Below the pieces are notes generated by a model, which saw nothing but the letters and a program-made list of their open reading frames with translations, was not told the DNA's origin and made no database searches. 64,000 bases of DNA, from contig OZ243974.1 of NCBI GenBank assembly GCA_965214775.1, forward strand, positions 1,792,001 through 1,856,000, in the 5' to 3' direction. The position numbers and the translations under genes were made by a program. This DNA comes from Nitrosopumilus sp. Its GTDB lineage: Archaea; Thermoproteota; Nitrososphaeria; Nitrososphaerales; Nitrosopumilaceae. Positions within the stretch are counted from its first letter, which is position 1. The number at the start of each line of letters is the position of its first letter. Below are positions 29,460 through 39,971 of this stretch, piece after piece.

Positions 29460-29580
29460 CAGTCTTCCCAGAAGTAACCCGGAAAACGGCTCCGGACTTG
29501 AGGCAAACCAAGTTATGACGCCTGCAGATTCACTTGCCGGCATCTGGACAGTCATGAATCGCGTACTTCTGGGAAGACTG
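29460..29580. mobile_element. 121-bp ISH3-derived MITE
   Basis: Perfect TIR CAGTCTTCCCAGAAGTA / TACTTCTGGGAAGACTG, identical to the end at 14889-14905. Confidence 0.88.
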
Positions 29581-29606
29581 CTTTGCACACTGGTGATTTT
29601 TTTCGA

Positions 29607-30179
29607 TTATTCTTTTGAAGAACTTTCATCCTTTGATACCTCTCCGGCAGCAGGAGTCTCTCCTTTTTGTTCTGGCTGTGTTTTCTCTAACATTTCAGGG
29701 ATTTTTGATTCTGGTGAAAAATGGATGTTGTCTTCCTCGGCAACAGTCACCGTGTATGATGGAATGTCTACCTTTCTTTCTCCAACCATGATGTGGCCGT
29801 GTACTACTGCCTGTCTGGCTTGATAAGGTGTTTTGAACCCTAATTTTTTAGTAACAACGGTTTGCAGTCTTCTTGCAAGCAAATCATTGACGTTAAGGTT
29901 CAACACGTCATCCAAAGTCGCATCGCTGCTTACCAGTCCAATTCTTGCAAGCGATTTCATCAGAATGGGTTCTTTTTCAGCTCTTACTTCTTGTCTTAGC
30001 GCAAGCAATGATCTTGCCTGATGCCTGACCCGTGATAATTCTGTGTGAGCCTTCCATAATTCTCTTTTAGTTCTTAATCCAAAAGTACCCAGTGTTTTTA
30101 GCTCCTCCATTTTTAATTCATAATTAAGAGGCCTCTTTGGCTTTCTCCAAACTCTACGTGGATATTTTGGATCTCCCAT
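29607..30179 (-). CDS. rps4: 30S ribosomal protein S4 (uS4)
   Basis: MGDPK, GLRTKRELW, RRLQTVV, ARQAVVHGHI. Confidence 0.97.
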   Translation of the reverse strand: MGDPKYPRRVWRKPKRPLNYELKMEELKTLGTFGLRTKRELWKAHTELSRVRHQARSLLALRQEVRAEKEPILMKSLARIGLVSSDATLDDVLNLNVNDLLARRLQTVVTKKLGFKTPYQARQAVVHGHIMVGERKVDIPSYTVTVAEEDNIHFSPESKIPEMLEKTQPEQKGETPAAGEVSKDESSSKE

Positions 30180-30188
30180 TCAGAACAC

Positions 30189-30791
30189 CTACTCTTTTTT
30201 CTCCGTTGGAGATTCTTCCTTCTTCTTTTTCTCTTCTTCTCCTGCTGCTGCTGATGTAGGCGCATCGCCTGAAGGGGACGCCGCCGCCGATGCTGCTGTT
30301 GTAGAGGCTGCCGGAGCTGCTGCCTTCTTTGCCGGAGCTGCCATTCCGCCTTTAGCTACGCCAACTGCCCCTCCTTTTCTTCCGGAAGTTCTGGTTCTTT
30401 GCCCTCTAACTTTTAATCCGCTTAGATGGCGATAACCTCTCCAACTGGCGACAACCCTTTCCCTTTCAATATCGTTTCTTAATGTAAATGGAATGTCTGA
30501 TGTAAGCAGATGCAAATCTTTCCCTGTCTCGATATCTTTTTGTCTGTTGAGAAACCATGTTGGGAAATTTGATGATTTAGGGTTTGTGATCAGTTTCTCA
30601 ATTCCTTGAACATCGGCATCTGACAGGTTTCCGATGTTTGAATTTGAATTGATCTTCAAAGTGTCCAAAATTGCAGTGGCAAAATTGTATCCAATGCCCT
30701 TTATTTGGGACAGTCCTACGATGGTCTTCTTCTCTCCGGGGATATCGTTTCCCACGATTCTGACAATGTGTCTGTATTCTTGGCTACTCAA
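30189..30791 (-). CDS. rps13: 30S ribosomal protein S13 (uS13) with Ala/Lys/Glu-rich tail
   Basis: [24 protein letters not shown]; TTG start. Confidence 0.97.
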   Translation of the reverse strand: MSSQEYRHIVRIVGNDIPGEKKTIVGLSQIKGIGYNFATAILDTLKINSNSNIGNLSDADVQGIEKLITNPKSSNFPTWFLNRQKDIETGKDLHLLTSDIPFTLRNDIERERVVASWRGYRHLSGLKVRGQRTRTSGRKGGAVGVAKGGMAAPAKKAAAPAASTTAASAAASPSGDAPTSAAAGEEEKKKKEESPTEKKE

Positions 30792-30843
30792 GTATTCCCA
30801 AATTCTAAGAATCCCCGATAAAAACCATGCTAGGCCCCCAGCG

Positions 30844-30933
30844 GTACGAGTTTACCCCTTGGACATCCTGGTGTCTGGAGCCTTTATGATCACGCCTGTC
30901 ATGCCATATCTCCGGTGAGGGGCAAACTCACAC
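30844..30933. mobile_element. IS66-derived MITE, second copy
   Basis: GTACGAGTTTACCCCT…AGGGGCAAACTCACAC; shares CTGGAG-CTTTATGATCACGCCTG with 11695-11785. Confidence 0.85.
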
Positions 30934-31053
30934 CATCCATTGAATTACAAAGTGGGATTTGTCATAAACGCAACGGATAATTCTAGGCCTTATTTTGCAG
31001 AGGGGCAAACAAGTGAAGGCGCAGTAACACAATTCACATCTGGACTTCCGAGC

Positions 31054-31183
31054 GGGGTTGTCGCCTAATTCCACCTGCCGGACTCAATCCGCACGTCTTT
31101 CTGAATCTCCGCCATTTTTGCACGCCTAGTCCGGATAACATCGTATGATTTTCAGAAATTCTGACGAATTAGGCGGCAACCCC
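31054..31183. mobile_element. 130-bp MITE with the TIR of the IS5 element at 20537
   Basis: GGGGTTGTCGCCTAATT / AATTAGGCGGCAACCCC; 9-bp TSD CTTCCGAGC. Confidence 0.9.
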
Positions 31184-31232
31184 CTTCCGAGCATGACCTG
31201 CCACCCAAAATGACTAATTTTTTTTGCATAAA

Positions 31233-31385
31233 TTATCTAAAGTCTTCATCCTCTGTCCAATCATTTCCCTGAACATTCCATTGATTGCATTGACAGCATT
31301 TTTTGATGCCCCTTTGCGGATCAATATCTATGCAGTAGCAGTGTGCGCCTTTTCCTGACGGATCATTTAGACACATTTTTTGCAT
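31233..31385 (-). CDS. 50-aa Cys-rich microprotein (below the ORF-track cutoff)
   Basis: MQKMCLNDPSGKGAHCYCIDIDPQRGIKKCCQCNQWNVQGNDWTEDEDFR*; TATAATT and AGGAG upstream. Confidence 0.6.
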   Translation of the reverse strand: MQKMCLNDPSGKGAHCYCIDIDPQRGIKKCCQCNQWNVQGNDWTEDEDFR

Positions 31386-31428
31386 TATTCTGAATTCTCC
31401 TTTTCCTAATTATAGCCATCTCTTCTTT

Positions 31429-31548
31429 CAGTCTTTCCAAAAGTTCCCAGAAAAACGGCCCACATTTGACACAATTCAGATTATGATGCCTGCAGATCCG
31501 CATGCAGCCGTCTGCACTGCCATGAGTCAGTTACATCTGTAAAGACTG
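31429..31548. mobile_element. Degenerate ISH3-derived MITE
   Basis: CAGTCTTTCCAAAAGT…TACATCTGTAAAGACTG; shared interior ATGCCTGCAGATCCGCATG. Confidence 0.75.
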
Positions 31549-31593
31549 TCTTTTCAAAAAGTTTTAAATTTACAGACTTTTAAACTGAAGAAA

Positions 31594-31908
31594 ATGTCTG
31601 ATTGTTTTGATCGAGAGAAGGTTATAGAGTGCATGTTTGATCCCACAACAGCGTCAATTCTTGCGGCTTTGGAAGACGGGGAAAAGGAATGCTCATTTTT
31701 AGCACAACAGGAATCCATTTCCGAATCTAAAGTATTGGAGCTGCTCTCATACCTGATAGAACATGGATTCCTCATTCACAGTAATACAAAAGATGGCAAA
31801 TGCAAGATATCGGCAAATTCTGAAAAACTTACATCGATAGTCGAAGACAGTGAGAATTTTGACGGTACAATCAGCGGTCTTGAAAAAATGGACAGTTATC
31901 TGAATTGA
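31594..31908 (+). CDS. Winged helix-turn-helix (ArsR-like) protein
   Basis: FDPTTASILAALEDGEK…LAQQESIS…LSYLIEHGF pattern. Confidence 0.75.
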   Translation: MSDCFDREKVIECMFDPTTASILAALEDGEKECSFLAQQESISESKVLELLSYLIEHGFLIHSNTKDGKCKISANSEKLTSIVEDSENFDGTISGLEKMDSYLN

Positions 31909-32405
31909 CCTTTTTTTCTCTTTTTGATTCCGTAAATCCATGAAATGACTAGTCCTACCATTCCTGCAATTAGGGTGTATGATGACAGAAATCCGAGGGA
32001 TTTTTTGCCTGCATCAGGCAGCGGGCCAATGGCCCCGAAAACTTGGGATTCCTCGTCGCTGTTACTTTGAATAATCAATTTGTAGCTGCCAGTCTGGCCA
32101 ATCTCGAATTCTTTTTCCACCGTCTCTGACCGGATTGCCTCTGATGATATCTCAATACCTGACGAATCCAATACTTTTGCATAAAACGTATCCTCTTTGA
32201 ACTCCGTAATTTGAACTGCGTAAACGCCGTAAGCAAGTTCTTCTGAAGAAAATTCTCCGGAAACTGTCAAATCCTGATTGACGCTTACCATTCCGTTTCC
32301 TTGGCTAACCCCCTCTAGAATTACCTGATTTCCAACTACCAGCAGGACCAGTCCGATCACAATTAACACACCTGAAACCACCAGCATCGTTCCTGATTTT
32401 TGCAC
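31896..32405 (-). CDS. Hypothetical membrane protein with N- and C-terminal TM helices
   Basis: 169-aa ORF with beta-rich extracellular middle. Confidence 0.8.
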   Translation of the reverse strand: MQKSGTMLVVSGVLIVIGLVLLVVGNQVILEGVSQGNGMVSVNQDLTVSGEFSSEELAYGVYAVQITEFKEDTFYAKVLDSSGIEISSEAIRSETVEKEFEIGQTGSYKLIIQSNSDEESQVFGAIGPLPDAGKKSLGFLSSYTLIAGMVGLVISWIYGIKKRKKGQFR

Positions 32406-32456
32406 ATTCTTCGAAAAATCCCCTTTAGTTTAAACCTAGTTTTTGGGATTCTACTT

Positions 32457-32517
32457 TTAGCCTGGATTAACAAAGTTAGACAGGACTAAGAGAATTAGCT
32501 TATGCTAAATTTAAATA
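32457..32517 (+). promoter_or_regulatory. Three TTAG-N6-(C/T)TAA palindromes at 19-bp spacing abutting the TATA box; probable DtxR/MntR-family operator
   Basis: TTAGCCTGGATTAA (32457), TTAGACAGGACTAA (32476), TTAGCTTATGCTAA (32495), TTTAAATA (32510). Confidence 0.7.
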
Positions 32518-32545
32518 ATCCTGGCCGCAAATATTTCTTGCAGAC

Positions 32546-33571
32546 ATGAAAAAGCCCCTTTTGGCAGGATCCATCGTCGTTGTCGCAATAATTATTGGAG
32601 TCTCTGCCACTCTTACTCAAGGCAGCAGCAGTAGCAACAGCAGCAACAACAATGACGGTGGTGGTGGGTATGGCAGTGGCAGTGGCAGTGGCGATACGAA
32701 GATTGGGAATCCTGAAAGCCCATCCAATGATTCGGAGAAAATTGCCATTACAACTACGACAAACATAATCACGGATCTGGTGGAAAATATCGGCGGCGAT
32801 AGCGTTTCGGTTACCGGGTTGATGGGCCCCGGAGTGGATCCTCATTTGTACCGTCCCAGTGCAAGCGATGTCAAAAAACTGCAGAATGCCGACATTATAT
32901 TTTACAACGGATTGGACTTGGAAGGAAAGATGGGAGACATTTTTGTAAAAATTGGAAGGGATGGAACTTTTGTCAGGGCAGTCTCTGAAGGCATTCCTCC
33001 AGAATCGTTGCTAAGTCTGGATGCTGATGGCCATCTTGATCCTCATATCTGGTGGAATGTGGAACTCTGGATGGAAGCCGCAAGGGTCGTTGCAGCCGGA
33101 TTAATGGAGCACGATCCTGAAAATTCAGAAAAGTATGACCGGAATCTTTCAGAATATCTGGCCCGGCTGGATGCCCTAAACTCGATTAATCTGATAAAGA
33201 TTGACTCAGTCCCTCAGGAGCAAAGGGTTCTTGTTACGGCACATGATGCGTTCCAGTACTTTGGGCACGCATATGGCTTTGAGGAACTGGCCATTCAGGG
33301 ATGGAGTACTGACAGCGAAGCTGGAATCAGGGAAATCCAAATCCTGGCCGACGAAATCTCTAAGCGAAAGATCAAGGCGGTGTTTGTGGAAACTTCCGTC
33401 TCTCCGGCAACAATTGAGGCCCTAAAAGCGGCTGTCCAAGACAGGGGCCATGATGTTGTGATAGGCGGGGAGCTGTTTTCTGATGCTATAGGGGAGAAAG
33501 GGACTGCTGAGGGGACCTATGTTGGCGCATTTGCTCACAACATCAACACAATCGTACAGGCATTGAAATGA
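32546..33571 (+). CDS. Mn/Zn ABC transporter substrate-binding protein (TroA/MntA-like)
   Basis: [29 protein letters not shown]. Confidence 0.93.
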   Translation: MKKPLLAGSIVVVAIIIGVSATLTQGSSSSNSSNNNDGGGGYGSGSGSGDTKIGNPESPSNDSEKIAITTTTNIITDLVENIGGDSVSVTGLMGPGVDPHLYRPSASDVKKLQNADIIFYNGLDLEGKMGDIFVKIGRDGTFVRAVSEGIPPESLLSLDADGHLDPHIWWNVELWMEAARVVAAGLMEHDPENSEKYDRNLSEYLARLDALNSINLIKIDSVPQEQRVLVTAHDAFQYFGHAYGFEELAIQGWSTDSEAGIREIQILADEISKRKIKAVFVETSVSPATIEALKAAVQDRGHDVVIGGELFSDAIGEKGTAEGTYVGAFAHNINTIVQALK

Positions 33572-34353
33572 TGGAACAGAGATCAGGTGAGGAAAAAAAA
33601 TCCGGAGGGGCCAGCGAATCCCCCGTAACGATTAGAAGCCTTTCAGTAACATACGGAACCGGGCCGGCTCTGTGGAATATCGACCTTGATCTTCCCCGGG
33701 GAAAAATGACTGCAATTGTTGGTCCAAACGGCGCAGGAAAATCCACTCTGATAAAGGCTGTTATGGGATTGGTGCCAATTGCCGCCGGCAAAGTAAGCGT
33801 TTATGGCAAACCATGCTCCAAGAACCGAAGCAAGGTTGCATATGTTCCTCAACGGCGCTCCGTTGACTGGGACTTTCCGACAGACGCATTAGACGTTGTT
33901 GAAATGGGACTGTATGGAAAGCTCGGATGGTTTCATCGTCCAAATTCAAAAACACGAGGCTTGGCCAGGGAATGCCTGGACAAAGTGGGATTGCATGACT
34001 GTGCAGACAGGCAGATAGGGCAGTTATCTGGAGGCCAGCAGCAAAGGGTCTTTGTGGCAAGGGCCCTGGCACAGGATGCCGATGTTTACCTGATGGATGA
34101 GCCGCTAAACGGAGTAGACGCAATAACAGAGGAAACAATTCTGTCGGTTCTTGAGGGTCTCAGAAGGAAGGGAAAAACCGTCGTGATGGTTCATCATGAT
34201 CTTCGGACTGTTGAAAAGTATTTTGACTGGGTTGTAATGCTAAATAGGAATCTGATTGCCGCAGGACCGATAAAAGAAGCGTTTACAAAAGCAAACCTGG
34301 ACAGGACCTATGGGAAAAGCGGCACCGCACGCCTGTTCGGCAAGGATATGTGA
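33568..34353 (+). CDS. Mn/Zn ABC transporter ATPase (TroB-like)
   Basis: [26 protein letters not shown]. Confidence 0.94.
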   Translation: MMEQRSGEEKKSGGASESPVTIRSLSVTYGTGPALWNIDLDLPRGKMTAIVGPNGAGKSTLIKAVMGLVPIAAGKVSVYGKPCSKNRSKVAYVPQRRSVDWDFPTDALDVVEMGLYGKLGWFHRPNSKTRGLARECLDKVGLHDCADRQIGQLSGGQQQRVFVARALAQDADVYLMDEPLNGVDAITEETILSVLEGLRRKGKTVVMVHHDLRTVEKYFDWVVMLNRNLIAAGPIKEAFTKANLDRTYGKSGTARLFGKDM

Positions 34354-34359
34354 GATCAA

Positions 34360-35328
34360 GTGGTTCTTGAAGAAGCGTTCCCTGTTTTTCTGGGAGTCTT
34401 TACCGATTATACTCTGAGGAACGCCGCTCTGGGCTCTGCTGTCCTGGGAATTGCCAGTGGCGCCCTTGGATGTTTTACCGTACTGAGAAAACAGAGCCTG
34501 TTTGGAGATGCCCTTGCCCATGCAGCCCTGCCTGGGATTGGGTTTGCCTACCTGTTTGCCGGAACAAAGGACTCGCTTCTTTTGATGCTGGGCGCTGCAA
34601 TCTTTGCATGGTTTGGCGGAATAATCACACTTGCAATCACGGGCACTACGAGGATCAAGCAGGATGCCGCTCTGGGAATCGTACTCTCTGTCTTTTTTGG
34701 ACTGGGGGTTGTCCTGCTGACTCATCTGCAAAACATTGGGGATGCCAGCCAGGGGGGGCTGGACAGATTTCTGTTTGGTCAGGCAGCTGCGTTAACGGAA
34801 TCTGACGCAGTCAGTCTGGGAATCCTGGCTGCCGTGTGCCTTGCCGTTCTAACCGTGTTTTACAAAGAGTTCAAGATTGCAACCTTTGACAGCTTCTTTG
34901 GCCAAAGCCTGGGACTTCGAATCAGGCATCTTGATGCGCTGCTGACATCGGTAATTGTCGTGGCAGTTGTAATGGGACTGCATACTGTTGGCGTGGTTCT
35001 GATGGTTTCCATGCTGATTGCCCCGGCAGCTGCGGCAAGGCAGTGGGCTTCAAGCCTCAAAAGCATGATAATCCTGTCTGCAATCTTTGGCAGTTTGAGC
35101 GGAATTGCCGGCTCTGTGATTAGCAGCACGACTGAGGGGATGTCCACCGGACCTGTAATTGTGGTTATGATTACTGCCGTACTGGGCGTCTCGCTGCTAT
35201 TCTCGCCAAAACGAGGCTATCTGTCTGGGTATCTTTTTTGCAACCAAAGAAAACCACAGACTCCTCTGGACCGAACCAAGGCAGTCTCAGACAGAGAAAA
35301 GGAGGGGAATCATGGAAATTTCCAGTGA
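34360..35328 (+). CDS. Mn/Zn ABC transporter permease (TroC-like)
   Basis: SLFGDALAHAALPG, LFGQAA, VGVVLM. Confidence 0.93.
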   Translation: MVLEEAFPVFLGVFTDYTLRNAALGSAVLGIASGALGCFTVLRKQSLFGDALAHAALPGIGFAYLFAGTKDSLLLMLGAAIFAWFGGIITLAITGTTRIKQDAALGIVLSVFFGLGVVLLTHLQNIGDASQGGLDRFLFGQAAALTESDAVSLGILAAVCLAVLTVFYKEFKIATFDSFFGQSLGLRIRHLDALLTSVIVVAVVMGLHTVGVVLMVSMLIAPAAAARQWASSLKSMIILSAIFGSLSGIAGSVISSTTEGMSTGPVIVVMITAVLGVSLLFSPKRGYLSGYLFCNQRKPQTPLDRTKAVSDREKEGNHGNFQ

Positions 35329-36418
35329 TCTGATAATTGTGGGCGCCGCTGTCCTGGTGGCAGCAAACTGTGCCTCAATTGGCGTGTTTTTGGTGCTAAG
35401 ACAGATGGCAATGATGTCTGATGCCATCGGCCATGCCGTCTTGCTGGGAATAGTCATCGCCGTATTTTCTGCAGGCGGGAGAGAACCTGTCCCGGTAATT
35501 GTGGGCGGCGTGCTGTCAGGAATTCTTACAGTATCCCTGGTTGAGCTGCTGTATCGTTCAGGGAAACTAAAACAAGACAGCTCGATTGGAATTGTCTTTC
35601 CTTTCTTGTTTGCAATCGGGGTGATTCTTGTCACACAGGCAGGCAACCTCCACATTGATGCGCAGCATGTCCTGTATGGCTCGATAGAATTTGCGCCATT
35701 TGATACGCTGCATGTGGGTGATTTTGACGCTGGTTCCAGGTCTTTGTGGGTTCTTGGCATCTTGGCAATTGCAAACGTATCCTTTGTTGGAATCCTTTAC
35801 AAGGAACTAAAAATTAGCACCTTTGACAAGTCGCTTGCATTGGGCATTGGAATGATGCCTCTGCTGGTTCATTATCTGCTGATGGTTATGGTGGCCACTA
35901 CTGCAGTTGTTGCCTTTGAATCGGTTGGCGCAATTCTTGTAATCGCATTTTTCATCGTTCCTGCATCTGCGGCGTATCTGCTCACAGATCGCCTGTCTAA
36001 AATGCTGGCTCTCTCGGTTTTCCTGGGGATTGCAAGTGCCGTGACGGGTTATCTGCTTGCGGTTCTTGCCGATGTGTCAATATCTGGCTCGATGGCCACT
36101 ATGGCCGGAGCTATTTTCGGATTGGTTTGGGTCTTTGCGCCAAACAGGAGGGGGTTGATCAGTAGATGGAGACGAATCTCAAAGCAGCGATTTGAAGTAG
36201 ATCTGGCAATCGTTCTGACTCTTATCCAAAACGAGCTTGATGCACAACGCCGGGTTTCTACGTTAACCATATCGGATTCCTTGGGTTGGACCGAGGAACG
36301 CTCCAAAAGACTGGGCAAATTCATTGAAGAGCAAAAACTTGCTGAAAAAGACGCCCAAGGCAACTTTGTACTGCTTACCGGCCTTGGACTGAGAAAGGCA
36401 GAAAGCCTTTCAAGCTAG
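35312..36418 (+). CDS. Mn/Zn ABC transporter permease (TroD-like) with soluble C-terminal wHTH-like extension
   Basis: MSDAIGHAVLLG, AFESVGAILV. Confidence 0.92.
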   Translation: MEISSDLIIVGAAVLVAANCASIGVFLVLRQMAMMSDAIGHAVLLGIVIAVFSAGGREPVPVIVGGVLSGILTVSLVELLYRSGKLKQDSSIGIVFPFLFAIGVILVTQAGNLHIDAQHVLYGSIEFAPFDTLHVGDFDAGSRSLWVLGILAIANVSFVGILYKELKISTFDKSLALGIGMMPLLVHYLLMVMVATTAVVAFESVGAILVIAFFIVPASAAYLLTDRLSKMLALSVFLGIASAVTGYLLAVLADVSISGSMATMAGAIFGLVWVFAPNRRGLISRWRRISKQRFEVDLAIVLTLIQNELDAQRRVSTLTISDSLGWTEERSKRLGKFIEEQKLAEKDAQGNFVLLTGLGLRKAESLSS

Positions 36419-37791
36419 TCTGGGCGTGACTGCTGTTTGTCTGCCGGTTCGGGATGAATTGTGATTACGGAGTTTTTAATCTGAGATCTTATCAGATGCT
36501 CTATTTCTGACGTCAAATCATGGACTTTTTCTATTGACAACTCCCTGTCAAAGGAGCAGTCAATGTCGATTTTTCGGATGTTTTCAAATCTCAAGGAAAC
36601 AATTCTTCCGATTGCCTTGATTTCGTCATACCTTTCTAAAACAGCTTTTATTTCTCCTTCTGCCTCCTTGTCCTCTGAGTTAAAGTTTTTTGGAACTGTG
36701 AGGAATGGTTCCAGGTGGATTGTCGCATGCTCGATTTCGGGAACCTCCATTTGAATCCTCTGCTCTACGATCTCTGAGATTTTGTGCGCTGAATCAAGGT
36801 TGATCTCTCCGTTCACCATGACGTGCAAGTCTGTGAAAATCTTTCCCTTTGTCTTGTGAGTGCTTACATTGTGCACCCCTTTTACTCCGTCCACCCCCTG
36901 GGCAACATCTTGAATTTTTGCATCCAAAGGAACACCGCTCCAGTTTGGCTCAAAGTGAACGGTGATCGACGCATTTGCAATCTTGTCCTTGATGTTCCTC
37001 TCAACGTTGCTGCTAATCTCGTGAGCCTTGTCAAAACTTGTATTTCCCATCAATGAAATTGTAATGTCTGCAAAAATTGTATCACCTGAATGCCTCATCA
37101 GGATTGGGTCTGCGTCCAATACTCCCTGGGTCTCTAAAGAAATCTTTCTGACATCTTGTACGAGTTCCGGGGAGATAATGTCAGTCAAGTCTAACGCTGT
37201 TCTGTAAATCAGCTTGATGCTTAGTACTGCAAGCAGTCCTCCGAGAATCAGTGCCGCTATAAAGTCTCCGTTGTAAAACCCGTATGATACAAGGACAATT
37301 CCCGCAATGGCAACTACGGTGGAACCCAGGTCCGTGAACGCATGATAGAAATCTGCTTTTAGCGTAGAGCCGCCTATTTTCCTAATTGATCTTTGCAGCA
37401 GGACAACTCTGAAGATGTCCACTCCTATTGTATACAGCCCGCCAATGACTGCAAACAGACCCGGGAGGACAGCAGGCGGCGGACTCTGAATTCTGTTGAC
37501 TGACTCGTAAATGAAAAAGCATGCAATCAGAAATATTGCAATCCCCCCGATTAATCCCCCCAGCGATTCTATTTTTCCATGGCCGTACGTATGCTTGGCA
37601 TCAGGCGGCTTTGCTGCCATTCTGGCAGCCAAAAGCAAAACAACTGTTACTACGGCATCAAGCAGTGCATGAATGCTGTCAGTGATTAGTGCCAGACTGT
37701 TTGAGACTAGGCCAAACGCAAGTTCCACTACAAATGCTGAAAAAATTGCCGCTAGTGAAATCTGTAAAACCCTGGCTCTTTGGACAAACAT
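36415..37791 (-). CDS. Cation diffusion facilitator with triplicated C-terminal dimerisation domain
   Basis: DSIHALLD, HTYGHGKIE, ADFYHAFTD; three AH/VH…(V/I)HxEP repeats. Confidence 0.92.
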   Translation of the reverse strand: MFVQRARVLQISLAAIFSAFVVELAFGLVSNSLALITDSIHALLDAVVTVVLLLAARMAAKPPDAKHTYGHGKIESLGGLIGGIAIFLIACFFIYESVNRIQSPPPAVLPGLFAVIGGLYTIGVDIFRVVLLQRSIRKIGGSTLKADFYHAFTDLGSTVVAIAGIVLVSYGFYNGDFIAALILGGLLAVLSIKLIYRTALDLTDIISPELVQDVRKISLETQGVLDADPILMRHSGDTIFADITISLMGNTSFDKAHEISSNVERNIKDKIANASITVHFEPNWSGVPLDAKIQDVAQGVDGVKGVHNVSTHKTKGKIFTDLHVMVNGEINLDSAHKISEIVEQRIQMEVPEIEHATIHLEPFLTVPKNFNSEDKEAEGEIKAVLERYDEIKAIGRIVSLRFENIRKIDIDCSFDRELSIEKVHDLTSEIEHLIRSQIKNSVITIHPEPADKQQSRPD

Positions 37792-38125
37792 TTTCCTAAA
37801 ATCCGATGATTTTTTACCGTATTACAGGTTTCTAAGAAGAAGAAGAAGAAGAGCTACTACTGCCTCTGTGACGGTGTTGTTTGTAATAACTGATTTTTGA
37901 GCTGTTACGCCAGAAATATTGGGATGTGCTGGCAATTTTTTCAATAGTTTTCCTGCTTCTGGCTTTAGGTGCCAGGAGGTGTGACCTCCTGTCCTCCCGT
38001 TGACAATTCAAATTCGTTGCCTGCAGAAATCCCCGATTTGAAAACCATCTTTCAGGCTTGATGATAATTAAAGCTGTAATTGGTGATATGGGGACATTCA
38101 AGACGCCTGTAAAGGAAAGGGCAAG

Positions 38126-38210
38126 CCTCCCTGCCTCCCTGCCTCCCTGCCTCCCTCCCTGCCTCCCTGATGCCCTCGCATTAACTGGAAACCTCCCTGC
38201 CTGCCTGCTG
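38126..38210. repeat. (CCTCCCTG)n-type pyrimidine-rich microsatellite in a long intergenic region
   Basis: About 5 tandem units at 38126-38169 plus a partial run near 38192; (AAG)6 at ~37835-37852. Confidence 0.8.
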
Positions 38211-38587
38211 TACAAAACTGAATTATCTCACGATAACCATGATGTTGGAACTTGTTATTGGATGCTAAAACTCTTGAACTGTAAATGTGGCTGAAAAACA
38301 AGACAGTGCAAAATGATTTGGCCGCTGAATCTGTTTCCGACTTGCTCTGTTGGGGAAACTGCATTTTTAATTGATGAATGGCTGATCTTGCTGCCTCTGA
38401 GATCTTCTGAGCATTTTGCAAACCAAGGGATTTCGTATTGGGAAAGGAACAATTCAAAATGGCAGTATGAAGATCAAATCTCATATGATATTTCTTAAAG
38501 CCGATCCGATACTTGGCCAAAAAAGGTGCAATTCAAACACAATACAGCCGATTTTTCTTTTGTTTAAAATATAAATACTCCCAAGGC

Positions 38588-39592
38588 ATGAAAAAAATGA
38601 AAATGAGACTGGCCGAATTCTTTGTATTTGCGTTATTATCTGTCTCAATTCTATCCTATGGTACTGCCGGCGGTGGTTCTGCCTTTGCCGCAACTGATCC
38701 TAATCCGGCATTGACAATTTCATCTGACTTGGATGATTATTCAAACGGCTCAACAATTACCATCTCTGGAAATATCAAGGATTACGATCCTGGAAAAGGA
38801 CTTACTTTCATCATCAGATCCCCTGTTGACAACATGGTAACTATTGGACAAATCATTCCAAACTCGGACGGCTCTTTTGAAAAGACAACAATTGCCGGCG
38901 GACCTTTGTGGAAATTAGCTGGAGACTATAAGATAGAGTTTCACTATGGTGTCACTTCATCTGAAATTGCAATTAATTATGTAGGTGGCGAACAACCACC
39001 TACAGTAGAGCCACCACCTACAGTAGAGCCACCACCTACAGTAGAGCCACCACCTACAGTAGATCCACCCCCGCCACCCCCACCCCCGCCACCCCCACCC
39101 CCGCCACCACCGGCAGACCCGCAATGTGGACCCGGAACAGAGTTGCGAGACGGCGTATGTCAGGTAATTGCCCCTGTTACTACTGATCCGCCAAAATCAG
39201 ATGGCGGTGGTGGTAGTTGCCTTATTGCAACTGCGGCATACGGCACCGAACTGGCCCCTCAGGTACAGTTCTTGAGGGAAGTCCGAGACAACACCGTAAT
39301 GAGCACTTCATCAGGAATGGCGTTTATGGCCGGCTTTAACCAGTTGTACTATTCATTCTCGCCAACAATTGCCGACTGGGAAAGAGAAAACCCAATGTTC
39401 CAAGAAACAGTCAGAGCATTCATCACTCCGATGATATCCACTCTTTCAATCATGACGCTGGCAGACAGCGGTTCGGAAATCGAGGTGCTTGGATTGGGAA
39501 TCTCGGTAATTGCATTGAATCTTGGAATGTACATTGCAGCACCGGCATTGGTTGGATTCAAGGTACACCGCCACCTTAAATCCAGAAAGTAA
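38588..39592 (+). CDS. CFI-box-CTERM surface protein with Pro-rich linker
   Basis: Signal peptide, EPPPTV x4 (18-bp repeats), poly-Pro, CGPGTELRDGVC, CLIATAAYGTELAPQVQFLRE, C-terminal TM. Confidence 0.9.
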   Translation: MKKMKMRLAEFFVFALLSVSILSYGTAGGGSAFAATDPNPALTISSDLDDYSNGSTITISGNIKDYDPGKGLTFIIRSPVDNMVTIGQIIPNSDGSFEKTTIAGGPLWKLAGDYKIEFHYGVTSSEIAINYVGGEQPPTVEPPPTVEPPPTVEPPPTVDPPPPPPPPPPPPPPPPADPQCGPGTELRDGVCQVIAPVTTDPPKSDGGGGSCLIATAAYGTELAPQVQFLREVRDNTVMSTSSGMAFMAGFNQLYYSFSPTIADWERENPMFQETVRAFITPMISTLSIMTLADSGSEIEVLGLGISVIALNLGMYIAAPALVGFKVHRHLKSRK

Positions 39593-39647
39593 CGACAACC
39601 CTGTTTCATCTAGTAACTTATTATACTGAACCCGTCTAGACCATTCA

Positions 39648-39971
39648 ATGAAAATTGAATATGAAGAGTTTGATACCATCGAAGACATATTCCTGTATAT
39701 GGCATCAGCGGCCCCTCCGATGAAAAACACAATGCCGGTTCATTCATACAAAGGCTACATAATGTCCTTCATTCCGCTTAGTCCGACTACCGGGGAGACC
39801 TATCTGATGATCTATGCAAAAGGCTCTCTTGAACCAGGAATTTACGAGTTTGACGTGGCATCAAAGTCCTTCAAAAGGGTTGACGGAATTGAAAGGGCAG
39901 ACAAGGTCTACTTTGTATCCCTGACTCCCAAAAGAAACACAATAGCAGATAGCGCTATTGAAAGCCTATAG
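39648..39971 (+). CDS. Hypothetical protein
   Basis: 107-aa ORF with TTATTATA box upstream. Confidence 0.75.
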   Translation: MKIEYEEFDTIEDIFLYMASAAPPMKNTMPVHSYKGYIMSFIPLSPTTGETYLMIYAKGSLEPGIYEFDVASKSFKRVDGIERADKVYFVSLTPKRNTIADSAIESL

